Positions 36,343 through 48,100 of a DNA stretch of 64,000 bases are shown here, piece after piece (the first letter of the stretch is position 1; each line of letters starts with the position of its first letter). The stretch is from NCBI GenBank assembly GCA_964453785.1, contig CAYVRK010000015.1:7142-71141 (forward strand), written 5' to 3'. Under the pieces are notes generated by a model, which did no database searches, was not told the origin of the DNA, and saw nothing but the letters and a program-made list of their open reading frames with translations. The position numbers and the translations under genes were made by a program. This DNA comes from an uncultured Bacteroides sp. (GTDB taxonomy: Bacteria > Bacteroidota > Bacteroidia > Bacteroidales > GCA-2748055).

Positions 36343-37128
36343 TTATACATTGATCTCACCTATCAAATAGGTCACTGCCTGTCCGGAGATCTTCACCCTT
36401 TCGCCGCAATTTTCACACTTTAGTTCGCCGCCACGGGCAGAAAGCTGCCGGGCTGTCAGCACCTTCTTGCCCAGGACCCTGGACCAGTATGGAGTCAGGG
36501 TTGTATGTGCCGATCCGGTTACAGGGTCTTCGTTGATCCCGGAATTTGGTGCAAAAAAGCGGGAGACGACATCCACCTCTCCCCCCATGGCCGTTGCAAT
36601 CACCCCCCTGACTCCCTGTAGGGACAGCAACCCGAAGTCGGGTTTCATGCTCTCAATCTCGGACTGGCTGGCAAAAACAAACATGATGTCGGTCTTCCCT
36701 TGGTATGCTTTTACCGGGGATTTGTGAAGCGCCTTGACTACCCATCCGGGAACCGCGATCTCCTCTACTTCATCGGCCGGAAAGTCCAGGATCAGTCTGT
36801 CGCCTGCTTTCTCTACTGTTAGTTTTCCGCTCTGTGGAGAATGGAATTCCACCGTCGGGGATGGGTGTGACAGGTGTTCAAAGAGCACATGGGCCGTGGC
36901 CAGTGTGGCATGTCCACACAGGTCCACCTCCAGTTCGGGGGTAAACCACCTGATGGCATACCGTTCCCCATCCCTGACTGCAAATGCAGTCTCCGACAGG
37001 TTGTTTTCGTTGGCTATATGCTGCATGGTGGCATCCTCCAGCCACTCATCCAGAATACATACTGCAGCCGGATTTCCGCTGAACAGCTCTGATGTAAATG
37101 CATCCACCTGAAATATCTGTAAACCCAT
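36343..37128 (-). CDS. PhzF family isomerase-like protein
   Basis: It shows IFQVDAFTSELFSGNPAAVC, SETAF and GINEDPVTGSAH. Confidence 0.88.
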   Translation of the reverse strand: MGLQIFQVDAFTSELFSGNPAAVCILDEWLEDATMQHIANENNLSETAFAVRDGERYAIRWFTPELEVDLCGHATLATAHVLFEHLSHPSPTVEFHSPQSGKLTVEKAGDRLILDFPADEVEEIAVPGWVVKALHKSPVKAYQGKTDIMFVFASQSEIESMKPDFGLLSLQGVRGVIATAMGGEVDVVSRFFAPNSGINEDPVTGSAHTTLTPYWSRVLGKKVLTARQLSARGGELKCENCGERVKISGQAVTYLIGEINV

Positions 37129-37136
37129 GATCTGTT

Positions 37137-37739
37137 TTATTGATTGCCTGTATATACGTAATGACCGATGATCCTGAAATCGAAAAGGCAGTCCTCCAAC
37201 ACCTGTCCTGCACCTATGTTATGTACCACCTGGAAGCCGTCCCACTTTGCCGACCTCCGTTCCACCACGATCCCGATGTGGGTCACTGTCCCTCCCAGGT
37301 TCCAGCATACCAGATCCCCCGGCAGGTAGTCAGCCGGATCATCTCCGGTGGATTTCACCGTCCCGTGCCGTTCAAAGAAGGTTATCAGGTTGGGAACCCT
37401 GCGGTGGTCAATGTTGGGATCGGTCCTGCTCATTCCCCAGATCGCCGGGTACAGATCGAAATGATCCTGCATGTCCTCATGTACCTCCTTTTGCAGGTCG
37501 ATTCCCAATTTCCTGTATGCGCGAATCACCAGATCGGAACATACTCCTTTGCCTGCCGGCACATCCCCGTTGGGATAGGCCATGGCATAATACCCCGGAT
37601 CATATACCACCACATCGCGGGTCAGATCGAGGGCAGCGTCGCTCAGTCGCCGGGCAAAATCCTCCCGGCCCCTATCCTCCTGGGCCGAAATCTCCTGCCA
37701 GAAACAGCTAAGCGCAATAAACGAGAAAAGCAATCTCAT
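37137..37739 (-). CDS. DUF1287-like secreted protein
   Basis: There is a signal peptide and GKGVCSDLVIRAYRKLGIDLQKEVHEDM...GDLVCW...HIGIV. The family is assigned from memory. Confidence 0.6.
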   Translation of the reverse strand: MRLLFSFIALSCFWQEISAQEDRGREDFARRLSDAALDLTRDVVVYDPGYYAMAYPNGDVPAGKGVCSDLVIRAYRKLGIDLQKEVHEDMQDHFDLYPAIWGMSRTDPNIDHRRVPNLITFFERHGTVKSTGDDPADYLPGDLVCWNLGGTVTHIGIVVERRSAKWDGFQVVHNIGAGQVLEDCLFDFRIIGHYVYTGNQ

Positions 37740-37903
37740 GGAGAATACATTGATCCATTAAACTACAAAATAAAAGCCTCTTTCTGATGGTTTCATCCCA
37801 CAAAAACCATATGGAGTTTGAGAAGGGAAAAGTTCTGACCAACCGGGTGGACTTCACCGCGATAAAATAAACTGATATATTTGTAGTACAAAATGCTGAA
37901 CAA

Positions 37904-38353
37904 ATGAAGTCAATCGTGCAGTTCCTGATCATGGCAGTAATCACAACAAGCATGGCCGGATGTGGTTCCGGAAATGGTGATTCGGGCAAAGCAAGGGAAG
38001 AGGAAAAACCCACCATCGTGAAAAAGTACCATGATGACGGTACCCTTTCCAGCGTGAACCCGGTGGACGATAAGGGATATGTACACGGGGTCAAGGTAAA
38101 CTATTACGAGGATGGTAAAACGGTACACTCAAAAATCACCTATGACCACGGAAGGAAGCAGGGTCCTGCACTCTGGTACTATAAAAATGGCCAGGTTTAC
38201 GAACACACCAACTACCACTTTGGAAGAAAACAAGGTCTCACAAAAACGTACTACGAAAACGGACAGCTGTTCGAAGAGCTCACCTATGAACAGGGTAAGG
38301 TGCTGCCGGGTAAAAAGACCTATGACAAAAAGGGAAATCTGATCCCGGAATAG
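37904..38353 (+). CDS. MORN-variant repeat (YwqK-like) lipoprotein
   Basis: The lipobox is MAGC. The product contains repeated G-x-x-x-x-YYENG/YYKNG units. Confidence 0.7.
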   Translation: MKSIVQFLIMAVITTSMAGCGSGNGDSGKAREEEKPTIVKKYHDDGTLSSVNPVDDKGYVHGVKVNYYEDGKTVHSKITYDHGRKQGPALWYYKNGQVYEHTNYHFGRKQGLTKTYYENGQLFEELTYEQGKVLPGKKTYDKKGNLIPE

Positions 38354-38360
38354 CGGAGAC

Positions 38361-39320
38361 CTACTTTTTCAAAAAAATGTAATTTTTGAACTCACCCAAC
38401 CTGTTACCCCTGAGGAAGTTCTTCTCAAACCAGGAGATAATCCGGTATTTAAACCTGTCGTGCTTTGCCTTCATGGGATTGAGACTCCTGGCCGGACCGG
38501 TGATTCGGAGCTGGTCTTTCCAGTCATAGGCTGCGATCCAATCTTTCATCGCTGCAGGGTGGGTCCCATTGAACCGGGTCAGCTTGGTGATGTTTCCGTA
38601 GTCAAATATCCTGTCGTACTTGTGTTCGGCTATCTGTTTTTCAATTTTTGTCCTGCCCTGATGGTTCATGCTGAATACCTTGATCTTGTTTTGCATCAAC
38701 CTCGGGGGGCGCACCCAACCATAGTGAAAGATCTCAGCATCCACTTCTGCCACTTTCAGTTTATAGGTTCCCTCCTGCTGCCGGTAGTTTAGGCCTCCAA
38801 ATCCTGGAATTTTCCGGAACGACTGGGCCGATTCCCAGGAGTGAATATCAGGCAGATTCCTTACGATTCTTATTTCCTTTCGGTACCAGCAGTGGGAATC
38901 CTGCAGGTGAAGATAGTCGCCCCAGAAATGGCGGTAACGGAATAACAAACCTTCCACATCCTGATCGCCGAGCAACTCATCGCAACGGAGGCGAATGTTG
39001 TCAAGATCCTTCTCATGGACCACCTCATCGCTCTGCAGGTAAAAAAGCCAGTCGCCTGTACAGGCCTTCATGGCGATATCGGTCTGGTGGGCATGTTCCA
39101 TCCCCCGGGGGAACATTTCGATGTCCCATACCGTATCGATTATCCTGATTTTATCATTTCCGATGGCCAGGATCTCAGCCCGGGTGGTATCATCTTCATC
39201 AGAATCCCCGAGGGCTACCACAAACTCATCCACAAGGGGTAAAATCGATTCCACCGCCTGTCGCATGGGATAATAAAGCTTAAGGGCATTCTTGCCCATG
39301 GAAAAACCGCTGATCTTCAT
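38361..39320 (-). CDS. Glycosyltransferase family 2-like protein
   Basis: The N-terminal GT-A-like segment is ILPLVDEFVVALGDSDEDDT, and it has a DEV/DxD-type motif (YLQSDEVVHE). The family assignment is tentative. Confidence 0.5.
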   Translation of the reverse strand: MKISGFSMGKNALKLYYPMRQAVESILPLVDEFVVALGDSDEDDTTRAEILAIGNDKIRIIDTVWDIEMFPRGMEHAHQTDIAMKACTGDWLFYLQSDEVVHEKDLDNIRLRCDELLGDQDVEGLLFRYRHFWGDYLHLQDSHCWYRKEIRIVRNLPDIHSWESAQSFRKIPGFGGLNYRQQEGTYKLKVAEVDAEIFHYGWVRPPRLMQNKIKVFSMNHQGRTKIEKQIAEHKYDRIFDYGNITKLTRFNGTHPAAMKDWIAAYDWKDQLRITGPARSLNPMKAKHDRFKYRIISWFEKNFLRGNRLGEFKNYIFLKK

Positions 39321-39326
39321 TACCGG

Positions 39327-41159
39327 TTAAAACATCTGCATTTTATACAGTTTATTATAGAGCCCCTTTTTATTCTTGATGAGTTCGTTATGGGTGCCCC
39401 GTTCCACAATTTTACCTTCATCGATGACCAGGATCTGGTCGGCGTGCTTGATGGTGGAAAGCCGGTGAGCGATCACAATGGAGGTGCGGTTCTTCATCAG
39501 GTTGATGATGGCTTCCTGCACCAGTCTTTCTGACTCGGTATCCAGTGCAGAGGTTGCCTCATCCAGGATCAGGATGGGCGGATTGGCCATCACGGCCCGG
39601 GCAATGCTTACCCGCTGCTTCTGACCACCACTTAGTTTGCCGCCTCCTTCACCCACACCCTCATCGTATCCTTTCTCGGTCTCGGTGATAAACTCATGCG
39701 CATTGGCCACACTGGCCGCATTGATGATGTCCTCCTCGGTGATCTCCCTGCTGGTACCAAATGCAATGTTGTTCCTGAAGGAATCATTGAACAGGATCGA
39801 CTGCTGGCTCACTATTCCCATCAGTTTTCTCAATGGCTTGACGGCATAATCCTTCACGGGAATGCCATCAATCAATACCTCTCCCTCTGTGGTATCCATG
39901 AACCTGGGCATCAGGTCTACCAGGGTTGACTTCCCCGAACCCGATTTGCCCACCAGGGCAATGGTCTCCCCCTTTCTGATGGTAAAGGAGACATTCTGAA
40001 GCACATACTCCTTGTCATATTTAAAGGATACATTCCTGAATTCAATGGACTCTTTGAACTCATTCACAGGTACAGGGTCGGTTTTTTCCTCGATCTTCAG
40101 GTCGGCCTGCAACAGATGATCGATCCTGTCCACCGAAGCCATCCCTTTCTGTACGCTGAACCAGGCAGTGGTGACATTCTTTGCCGGAGGGATGATCTGG
40201 CTGAATATAATCAGAAACAGGATCAGGCTCTCACCTTTCAGGCTGCCTGTCCCGGATAAGACGAGGTTTCCCCCGTAGGCCATGATCACCATGAGTACGA
40301 TGGTGGCCATCAATTCACTGAACGGACTGGCCAGGAAGCGGCGGCGGATTATTTTCCGGAGGAGTAAAGAAAACCGGTTGTTGGTGAAAGCAAATTTTTC
40401 GGTCATTTTTGCCTCACCATTGAATGCCTTGATGATCCTTAATCCCGAAAGGGTCTCTTCGAGCAATGCAAGCAACTCCCCCAGCCGCTCCTGTCCCCTG
40501 AAAGAGGACCTCCTGAGCGACCTGGCAATGCGGCCGATCAGAATACCTGTTATGGGTAGTACGATGATGACGAAAAGGGTCAGGTTGAAGCTGATGGAGA
40601 ACAGGACAACGAGGTAGACCACGATGGTGATGGGATCCCTGATAAGCATCTGGAGCGAACTCATGATGCTTGCCTCCACCTCCTGTACGTCACTTGACAT
40701 CCTGGAGATAACATCCCCTTTTCTGGCCTCGGTATAATAGGACAGGGGGAGCCTGAGTACCTTCTGGTATATTTCATTCCGCATGTCCCTGACCACAAAT
40801 GCCCTGATGGGTGCCAGCACATAGTTAGCGCCAAACAGGAAACCATTCTTCAGGATACTGAACATCACCACCAGAATGCTCACCAGGATCAGGGCCCCGG
40901 TGTGGCCATGATTGGTCATGATCAAGCTCATGTAGTAATTGAGGGTGTGCAATAAATAAGCTGTACTGAGCTCGAATGCGGCTGGTTCGGTAACAAGCGG
41001 CTGGTTGTTGAACAGGATCCTTAAAAAAGGTAGTACCATGGCAAATGAAAACAGCCCGAAGAAGGCTGCAAAAATATTGTACAGCACATTCTGAACAACG
41101 AACCATTTATAGGGAGATAAATAGGATAAAAGCCTTAAAAATCTTTTCATAGAAATCAC
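39327..41159 (-). CDS. ABC transporter, fused permease/ATPase, MsbA-like lipid exporter
   Basis: It has six N-terminal TM helices, Walker A (GKSGSGKST), signature (LSGGQKQR) and Walker B (ILILDEATSALD). The start may instead be ATG 41150. Confidence 0.92.
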   Translation of the reverse strand: MISMKRFLRLLSYLSPYKWFVVQNVLYNIFAAFFGLFSFAMVLPFLRILFNNQPLVTEPAAFELSTAYLLHTLNYYMSLIMTNHGHTGALILVSILVVMFSILKNGFLFGANYVLAPIRAFVVRDMRNEIYQKVLRLPLSYYTEARKGDVISRMSSDVQEVEASIMSSLQMLIRDPITIVVYLVVLFSISFNLTLFVIIVLPITGILIGRIARSLRRSSFRGQERLGELLALLEETLSGLRIIKAFNGEAKMTEKFAFTNNRFSLLLRKIIRRRFLASPFSELMATIVLMVIMAYGGNLVLSGTGSLKGESLILFLIIFSQIIPPAKNVTTAWFSVQKGMASVDRIDHLLQADLKIEEKTDPVPVNEFKESIEFRNVSFKYDKEYVLQNVSFTIRKGETIALVGKSGSGKSTLVDLMPRFMDTTEGEVLIDGIPVKDYAVKPLRKLMGIVSQQSILFNDSFRNNIAFGTSREITEEDIINAASVANAHEFITETEKGYDEGVGEGGGKLSGGQKQRVSIARAVMANPPILILDEATSALDTESERLVQEAIINLMKNRTSIVIAHRLSTIKHADQILVIDEGKIVERGTHNELIKNKKGLYNKLYKMQMF

Positions 41160-41181
41160 TCTAATTAAGGAACGAAAGAAA

Positions 41182-42549
41182 CTACAAACCTGTATAATTC
41201 CAGGGGGTTATTTTCAGTAGTTCTTCCTTGACGGCATCGGAAACCGAAAGTCCGCCTATAAAACGGCTGATGGTTTCCCGGGTGACCACTTCATTGGTGC
41301 GTGTAAGATCCAGGAGGGCTTCATAGGGTTTGGGGTAGTTTTCCCTGCGAAGTATGGATTGAATGGCTTCTGCCACCACAGCCCAGTGTTTCTCAAGGTC
41401 GGAGTGGATGGCCTCCTGGTTGACAATCAGCTTTCCCAGTCCCCTGATCAGGGAGTGCATGGCAAGGATCGAGTGGCCCAGGGGTACACCCAGGTTGCGT
41501 AGCACTGTAGAATCGGTCAGGTCACGTTGCAGACGGGAGACCGGCAGTTTGGCAGCCATGTGTCCGAACAGAGCATTGGCAAATCCCAGATTTCCCTCTG
41601 CATTCTCAAAATCAATGGGATTCACCTTATGGGGCATGGCAGATGACCCGATCTCTCCCTTCAGGATTTTCTGTTTAAAATACTCCATGGAGATGTAGGT
41701 CCAGATGTCACGTGCCAAATCCACCAGGATGGTATTGATCCTTTCGAATGCATGGAACATGGCCGCCAGGTTGTCATAGTGCTCGATCTGGGTGGTGGGC
41801 CATGATCTTTTCAGTCCGAGCACCTCTCCAACAAACCGCTCTCCAAATCCAAACCAATCCATCTCCGGATAGGTGACCACGTGTGCATTCATATTACCGG
41901 TGGCTCCGCCAAATTTGGCCGGCAGCGGAATCTCTTCCAGTTGCTCCAGCTGTACATCCAGCCTCTCAATAAAGACCCGGATCTCCTTACCCAGTCTGGT
42001 GGGAGAGGCCGGCTGACCATGGGTGCGGGCCAGCATGGGAATATCCTCCCATTCAGAAGCGAGCTTTTCAAGTACCTGGGTGAGTTCATCCAGCAAAGGG
42101 TAGTAAACCTGTATCATTCCCTCTTTTAAAGAGAGAGGGATGGCTGTATTGTTAATATCCTGGGAGGTAAGCCCGAAATGAATAAATTCTTTATAATCTG
42201 AAAGTCCCAGCAAGTCAAACTGCTCTTTTACAAAGTATTCCACTGCCTTCACATCGTGGTTTGTCACTTTTTCGATCTCTTTGATCTGCTGAGCATCTTC
42301 CAGCGAAAAATTCTCAACAAGTGTTCTCAAGCGTTCAAACTGGCTGGCACCCACCCCTTTCAACTGGGGAACGCCTGCCTCGCACAGGGCAATGAAATAC
42401 TCCACCTCCACACGGACGCGGTATTTGATCAGTCCGAACTCGGAAAAGAATCCGGCGAGCTGTTCCGTTTTGGACCTGTAACGGCCATCCACCGGTGAGA
42501 GGGCTGTCAGTTTGCTAAGTTGCATGGATTGTGAATTATATGACGCCAC
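41182..42549 (-). CDS. purB: Adenylosuccinate lyase
   Basis: The fumarate-lyase signature is GSSAMPHKVNPIDFEN. It also shows LSPVDGRY and TSQDINNTA, and its 455 aa fit the long PurB form. Confidence 0.93.
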   Translation of the reverse strand: MASYNSQSMQLSKLTALSPVDGRYRSKTEQLAGFFSEFGLIKYRVRVEVEYFIALCEAGVPQLKGVGASQFERLRTLVENFSLEDAQQIKEIEKVTNHDVKAVEYFVKEQFDLLGLSDYKEFIHFGLTSQDINNTAIPLSLKEGMIQVYYPLLDELTQVLEKLASEWEDIPMLARTHGQPASPTRLGKEIRVFIERLDVQLEQLEEIPLPAKFGGATGNMNAHVVTYPEMDWFGFGERFVGEVLGLKRSWPTTQIEHYDNLAAMFHAFERINTILVDLARDIWTYISMEYFKQKILKGEIGSSAMPHKVNPIDFENAEGNLGFANALFGHMAAKLPVSRLQRDLTDSTVLRNLGVPLGHSILAMHSLIRGLGKLIVNQEAIHSDLEKHWAVVAEAIQSILRRENYPKPYEALLDLTRTNEVVTRETISRFIGGLSVSDAVKEELLKITPWNYTGL

Positions 42550-42590
42550 AAATTTAGCAGAAATTATTCTTACTTTTGAGCAAATAAACC

Positions 42591-44078
42591 GTGATTATGA
42601 AGCAATTCATCCATATACTTTCCCTGATGTTACTGGCACTCGTGCTCTCAAGCCAGGTGACGGCACCCGACAGCACCAAAGGAACGGCCTCTGGCACCAA
42701 AGAAAGGATAGACACCCTGATCCCCCACATGAAAAGGGGGAATGGGACCGGGGATTCAATTCTGGTCTACACCTTTGCCATCAAAGACAACATTGCTGCA
42801 CCCACCTGGAGAATAACCCAGGAAGCACTCAAGGAGGCCCTTGAGCTTGATGCCGATGTGGTGATCCTGCATCTGAACACATACGGGGGAGAGGTAAGTG
42901 CGGCTGACTCCATCCGGACAAAAATTCTTAATTTCCCTATTCCGGTGCACGTTTTCATTGATGACAATGCAGCTTCGGCCGGTGCACTGATCGCTATTGC
43001 CTGTGACAGCATTTATATGAAAAGAGGAGGAAAGATCGGTGCAGCCACAGTTGTCAACCAGACCGGAGAACAGGTTCCGGACAAATACCAATCCTACATG
43101 CGGGCCACCATGCGGGCCACTGCCGAAGCCCACGGAATGGATACAATCATCACCGGGTCTGACACGGTAATTGCCTGGCATCGCAACCCGGCCATCGCTG
43201 AAGCCATGGTCGATCCCAGGCTCTATGTGGCGGGAGTAAGTGATACCGGTCAGGTACTCACCTTTACTGCTTCAGAAGCCATGAGAAACGGATATTGCGA
43301 AGGGATCCGGGAATCCATGGAGGAAGTTATTGCGTCCCTGGGAATTGAATCATATGAACTGAAAACCTTCAGGCAGTCGGGGATTGATAAAATCATTGGT
43401 TTTCTGATCAATCCCATCATGAGCGGCATCCTGATCATGATCATTATCGGAGGAATTTACTTTGAACTGCAATCCCCCGGCATCGGATTCCCTCTGTTCG
43501 CCTCCATTGCAGCCGCCCTGCTCTATTTTGCACCACTCTACCTGGAAGGAATGGTCCAGAACTGGGAACTGATCGTCTTTATTGTGGGGGTGATCCTGAT
43601 CATGGTGGAGATTTTTGCCATTCCGGGATTCGGGGTGGCAGGGATCGCCGGGATCATTGCCATGGTTACCGGTCTTACCCTGGGCCTGATCGACAATGTG
43701 GTATTTGAGAATCCGGGGTTCACCGGGGAGGGACTTGGACTGCTCATGAAATCACTCAGCCTGGTCATGGTGGCAATCCTGTTGGGATTGATTGTTTCGC
43801 TCTGGGCAGCAAGAAAACTGCTGACCACCACCGCATTTTCAAACCTCTCACTGAAAAGTGAACAGCGCCTGGATAAAGGTTTCATCGGGGTGGAAACCGA
43901 ACAGAAAACCCTGGTTGGAGAAACAGGGGTAGCCCACACAGTGCTCCGCCCCTCTGGCAAGGTAATGGTCCATGGCAAGCTTTATGATGCCAAGGCCGAA
44001 TACGGTCTGATTGAGAAGGGTGCACAGATCAGGGTAATCCGGTATGAAACAGGACAGGTATACGTGGTAAAAGTCTGA
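42591..44078 (+). CDS. NfeD family membrane-bound ClpP-class serine protease
   Basis: There is a signal peptide, a ClpP-like domain (VILHLNTYGGEVSAADSI), a multi-TM core and a C-terminal OB-fold (GVAHTVLRPSGKVMVHGKLYDAKAE). Confidence 0.8.
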   Translation: MIMKQFIHILSLMLLALVLSSQVTAPDSTKGTASGTKERIDTLIPHMKRGNGTGDSILVYTFAIKDNIAAPTWRITQEALKEALELDADVVILHLNTYGGEVSAADSIRTKILNFPIPVHVFIDDNAASAGALIAIACDSIYMKRGGKIGAATVVNQTGEQVPDKYQSYMRATMRATAEAHGMDTIITGSDTVIAWHRNPAIAEAMVDPRLYVAGVSDTGQVLTFTASEAMRNGYCEGIRESMEEVIASLGIESYELKTFRQSGIDKIIGFLINPIMSGILIMIIIGGIYFELQSPGIGFPLFASIAAALLYFAPLYLEGMVQNWELIVFIVGVILIMVEIFAIPGFGVAGIAGIIAMVTGLTLGLIDNVVFENPGFTGEGLGLLMKSLSLVMVAILLGLIVSLWAARKLLTTTAFSNLSLKSEQRLDKGFIGVETEQKTLVGETGVAHTVLRPSGKVMVHGKLYDAKAEYGLIEKGAQIRVIRYETGQVYVVKV

Positions 44079-44083
44079 CAAAA

Positions 44084-44500
44084 ATGGTCATCCGAGATTA
44101 CCATCCGGACGATTTTCCACAGGTGGAAAAGATATGGCAGGATACAGGCATCTACAAGGTGGAGCGCGGCGATACTGCTGAACGCATTCTTCAATGCAAC
44201 AGGCATGGTGGCAGATTCCTCATCATGGAAGATCCGGAAACCGGACAGCTGGCAGGCACTTCGTGGATGACGTGGGATGGCCGAAGGGTGTTCCTGCACC
44301 ATTTTTGCATCCGGCCTTCGGAACAGGGCAAGGGGCACGGCCGCACCCTGGCCATCCGGTCCCTGGAGTTTGCCAGGGAGAAGGGGTGTCCCATGAAACT
44401 GGAAGTCCACCGGGAAAACAGAGCTGCCGTGAACCTTTACAGGAGCCTCGGATTTGAGATTTTTGAGGATTACCATGTGTATATGATCCTGAACCCTTGA
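44084..44500 (+). CDS. GNAT family N-acetyltransferase
   Basis: The acetyl-CoA motif is RPSEQGKGHGRTL, with NRAAVNLYRSLGFE downstream. Confidence 0.85.
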   Translation: MVIRDYHPDDFPQVEKIWQDTGIYKVERGDTAERILQCNRHGGRFLIMEDPETGQLAGTSWMTWDGRRVFLHHFCIRPSEQGKGHGRTLAIRSLEFAREKGCPMKLEVHRENRAAVNLYRSLGFEIFEDYHVYMILNP

Positions 44501-44523
44501 AGCCAGACAATTGTTATAAGTTG

Positions 44524-45180
44524 ATGAAACATCTTCGCTTTTCCATGCTTGCTGCACTGGTTTGGATATCCCTCCAACTCCATGCGCAGAGCTCTGCCTG
44601 GGACCGGTGGGATCCCGGGGTGGTCAGAAGCCTCTATACCAGTAACGGCATCCCCTACCTCACCGAAGAGGAGCAGAAAGTGGTACTGTTTATGAACATG
44701 GCGCGATATAACGGGTCCCTCTTTGCCGAAACGTTCCTGAATACCTACGTGGAAGAGAACCAGGTGGAAAACACCAGTTACCTGAGATCGCTTCGAAGGG
44801 AACTGAAGGATGTTTCAGGACTTCCTGCACTGGTTCCCGAGGAGGATCTCACCAGTGTGGCTCAGGGTCATGCTACCAGATCGGGAGAGACGGGTCATGT
44901 GGGTCACAAGGACATGAACAAGCGTTTTGAACCCCTGCGCGGCAATCCCTACTTTGCCTGGGGAGAGAATTGCTCTTACGGTTACGACGAGGCCATCAGT
45001 ATCGTGATCGTCCTGCTGATCGATGAAGATATCGAGGGTGTTGGCCACCGCAGGAACATGCTGAATGCAGCTTACAACTCGGTGGGTGTAGCCATCAGAC
45101 CTCATAAAAACTACCGGTACAACTGTGTAATCGACTTCGGGCAAAAGAGCCGTTCCGGAATCAACCAGGTACCTTACTGA
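44524..45180 (+). CDS. CAP/SCP domain secreted protein
   Basis: There is a signal peptide followed by HVGHKDMNKRF...GENCSYG...GHRRNMLN. The start is moved from TTG 44497 to ATG 44524. Confidence 0.75.
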   Translation: MKHLRFSMLAALVWISLQLHAQSSAWDRWDPGVVRSLYTSNGIPYLTEEEQKVVLFMNMARYNGSLFAETFLNTYVEENQVENTSYLRSLRRELKDVSGLPALVPEEDLTSVAQGHATRSGETGHVGHKDMNKRFEPLRGNPYFAWGENCSYGYDEAISIVIVLLIDEDIEGVGHRRNMLNAAYNSVGVAIRPHKNYRYNCVIDFGQKSRSGINQVPY

Positions 45181-48100
45181 TCATCCTCCTCCTCTTCCTG
45201 GGGCAGAATTTTGCCCTGCTGCCTGTAGGCAAAAAGGCTCAGGACGGTCAATACCACCACAGCCACATAAACAGCCACAGGCATTTTAAAAGCCGAACCG
45301 CTGGCGTAGGAGTGCATCCCACCCAGAAAGTAGTTCACCCCGAAATAGGTCATCATCACCGAAGAATAACTGACGAATGAGGCCAGGTTATAAGCGAATG
45401 CTCCCCTCATTCCGGGAATCCGGTGCATATGGGTCACAAATGCATAGACCAGCACGGTAATCAGTGCCCATGTCTCTTTGGGATCCCATCCCCAGTAACG
45501 GCCCCACGATTCGTTGGCCCATACACCACCCAGGAATACCCCGGCAGTCATGAAATAGAGCCCCACAATCAGGGTAAGATGGTTCACATTGCTTACCTGT
45601 TTGATCACCTCCTGGATCCGTCCTTTGTTCGACCGGGTGAGAAAGGCATACAGCACCACATTCAACAATCCCATGACAGATGCCAGTCCAAGGAATCCAT
45701 ACCCGGCCATGATCACGGCCACATGGATGGAGAGCCATGGTGACTTCAAAACAGGGACCAGGTTTGTAATCTCCGGATTCATATTGCTCATTCCGGCCAC
45801 CATCAGGGCAAGTGCTGCCAGGATACCTGTCAGTCCCATGACATAACCTGACTTCCTGACAAAAATCAGTCCCGCCAGCAGGGTAACCCACGACACGAAG
45901 ATCATCGATTCATACCCGTTGCTCATGGGTGCATGGCCACTGATGTACCACCTTTCTGCCAGTACCAGGGTGTGGATCACAAAGGCAGCTGTCAGACTGA
46001 TGATCCCTATATTAAATAAAATCCTGTAAAGCTTGCGTGTCCGGAAAACGATCATGAACTGCAGGAACATCATCAACACCCCCAACAATCCGTAAAACTT
46101 GGCCAGGCGCGGGAAAACATTGATCCGGTTGTAATTGATCTCCAGCTTCATGGTGGAGTGTGACGGAAGCAGTGATTCATTGGCCAACTGGTTGTCCTTA
46201 AGGTCAACCAGCCTGGACTGGGCCGTTGCGTAGTCTCCGTTCCTCAAAGCATTCAGATACTTCAGGAAAACGGTGGACATTGTATCCCCCTCAGGTTGGG
46301 ACTGATTTGTCAGAGCATCCGAAACGGAGATCCATTTGTGATTCTCTGCATTTTGATCGGGGAATATGGTCACCATACCTCCCGACTGCACCAGGAACAT
46401 GGCATTGATGCGGTCATCCAGTTTGATCACCTCCTTATCCAAGTCGGTCTGCTGGGCAACCTGCTTGGAGTAGGCTTCATTCACGAGGTCTGAAAGCAGG
46501 TATGAACTGCCGCCGGGACCCATCAGGTCATTGAAACTGACCAGGTCTCCCTTAAAGCCGATGACACGGTGCAGTTCGGCATTCTTGATTCTGAACAGAG
46601 GCTGGCTTTGCCAGACATCGGGATAGAGCATCATGCCCAGCATGACCTGGTCGGGAGTATAATCCCGGAACTTTGCTTTCTTGGTAATCTTACGTACCAC
46701 TTCGTGGGAAAGGGTATTCATGGGCTCAAACCTTCCTCCCTTGTCCTGTACCCAAAGGTATCCAAACTCTTTGGCCAACTCCTTTGGGGGAACCATCTGC
46801 GAGAATGCCGGCGTTCCAAGGCCCAGGATCAGCAGCCCCATCACAAGGACCTTCGCTTTGGAAGAGGTTTTTTTCGCAATCATGGCGAACCGGGTGCCCT
46901 TGACGAACATGGCCAGGATCATTCCGCCAATCAGTACAAGGTAACCAAGGTAGGTGATAAAGGTACCGGCCAGGTCCTTATTCACGGACAGGACCGTTCC
47001 TTTCTCATCATTGTCATAGGAGGACTGGTAGAATCGGTACCCCCTGTGTTTCAGTACGTTGTTCATATATATCCGGCGATCTTCCTGGATCCCCCTCTCT
47101 TTGTCCACAAGGACCACCTCACTGGCAAAGGAGGAGGGGCTGTGTGAACCAGGGTAACGCTCCACCTGGAAGTCCTTCAGGAACAAGGAAAATGGAAGAG
47201 GTATCTCCATGGCTCCATAGGTAATGGCATATTTCAGATCACCCATCTCTCCCTGTACAGGATCGCCTATCATGCGTGCCAGTCCGGGGACATACACCTC
47301 AGAGGTCATGCCCCTGTATTCGATTTCAACCCGGACTGCTGCCAGGTGGGATCCCATCTGGCCCTGTGGAGCCTGCACCAGTTTTTTTCTGGCTGAAGGG
47401 ATGAAATTCTGAAGAGCCATCCGCATATGCCCCACCACATACAGGGTTCCTTCCTTGAAGGGAACCTTTGCCCAGGCCGGGTAATCGATCTGTCCATCTC
47501 CTCCCATCTGCATGGAGGAGATGGTGAAGGGAGCTGAAACGCTTATCTCCTGCCCGTCGGAAACAAACCTCAGTATGGCGGTGGTGTCAGGATTGTTAAA
47601 AGAGACATCCATTCCATCCACATTCCGCACCGCTCCGGATGGAAGTCCGACGGAGCTTTGCTGTTCAGCGACCATCACAACCTGAAGGTAGGGCTCTCCC
47701 CCCGGCGCAGCCATAAATTGTTCCATGGCACTGGACATATACCCTGTGGATTTGATCCTTACTTTTTCGCCCCCGATATGTGTACTCATTTTATAATTTT
47801 TCGGCGTAAGCTCTGTGATCATCACCTCTTTGTTATTTTCTTTTCTTTCCCCGTTGGCCTCAAGAACAACCTGCATATACCCGTTGTCGCTGGTCATGGT
47901 ATTGGAAATGGACTGCTCCCTGATATGCATGATTCCTTCATAGCTGATAAACCTGGTAACGGAAGCTCCCAGAAGGATCAGAAGGAATGCCAGGTGGAAA
48001 ACAAGTACAACAATTTTTTTTCTGTTAAAGAATTTATATTTGAACATCACACCCACAATATTGATAGAGATGAGAAGCATCAGGAGTTCGAACCAGTGGG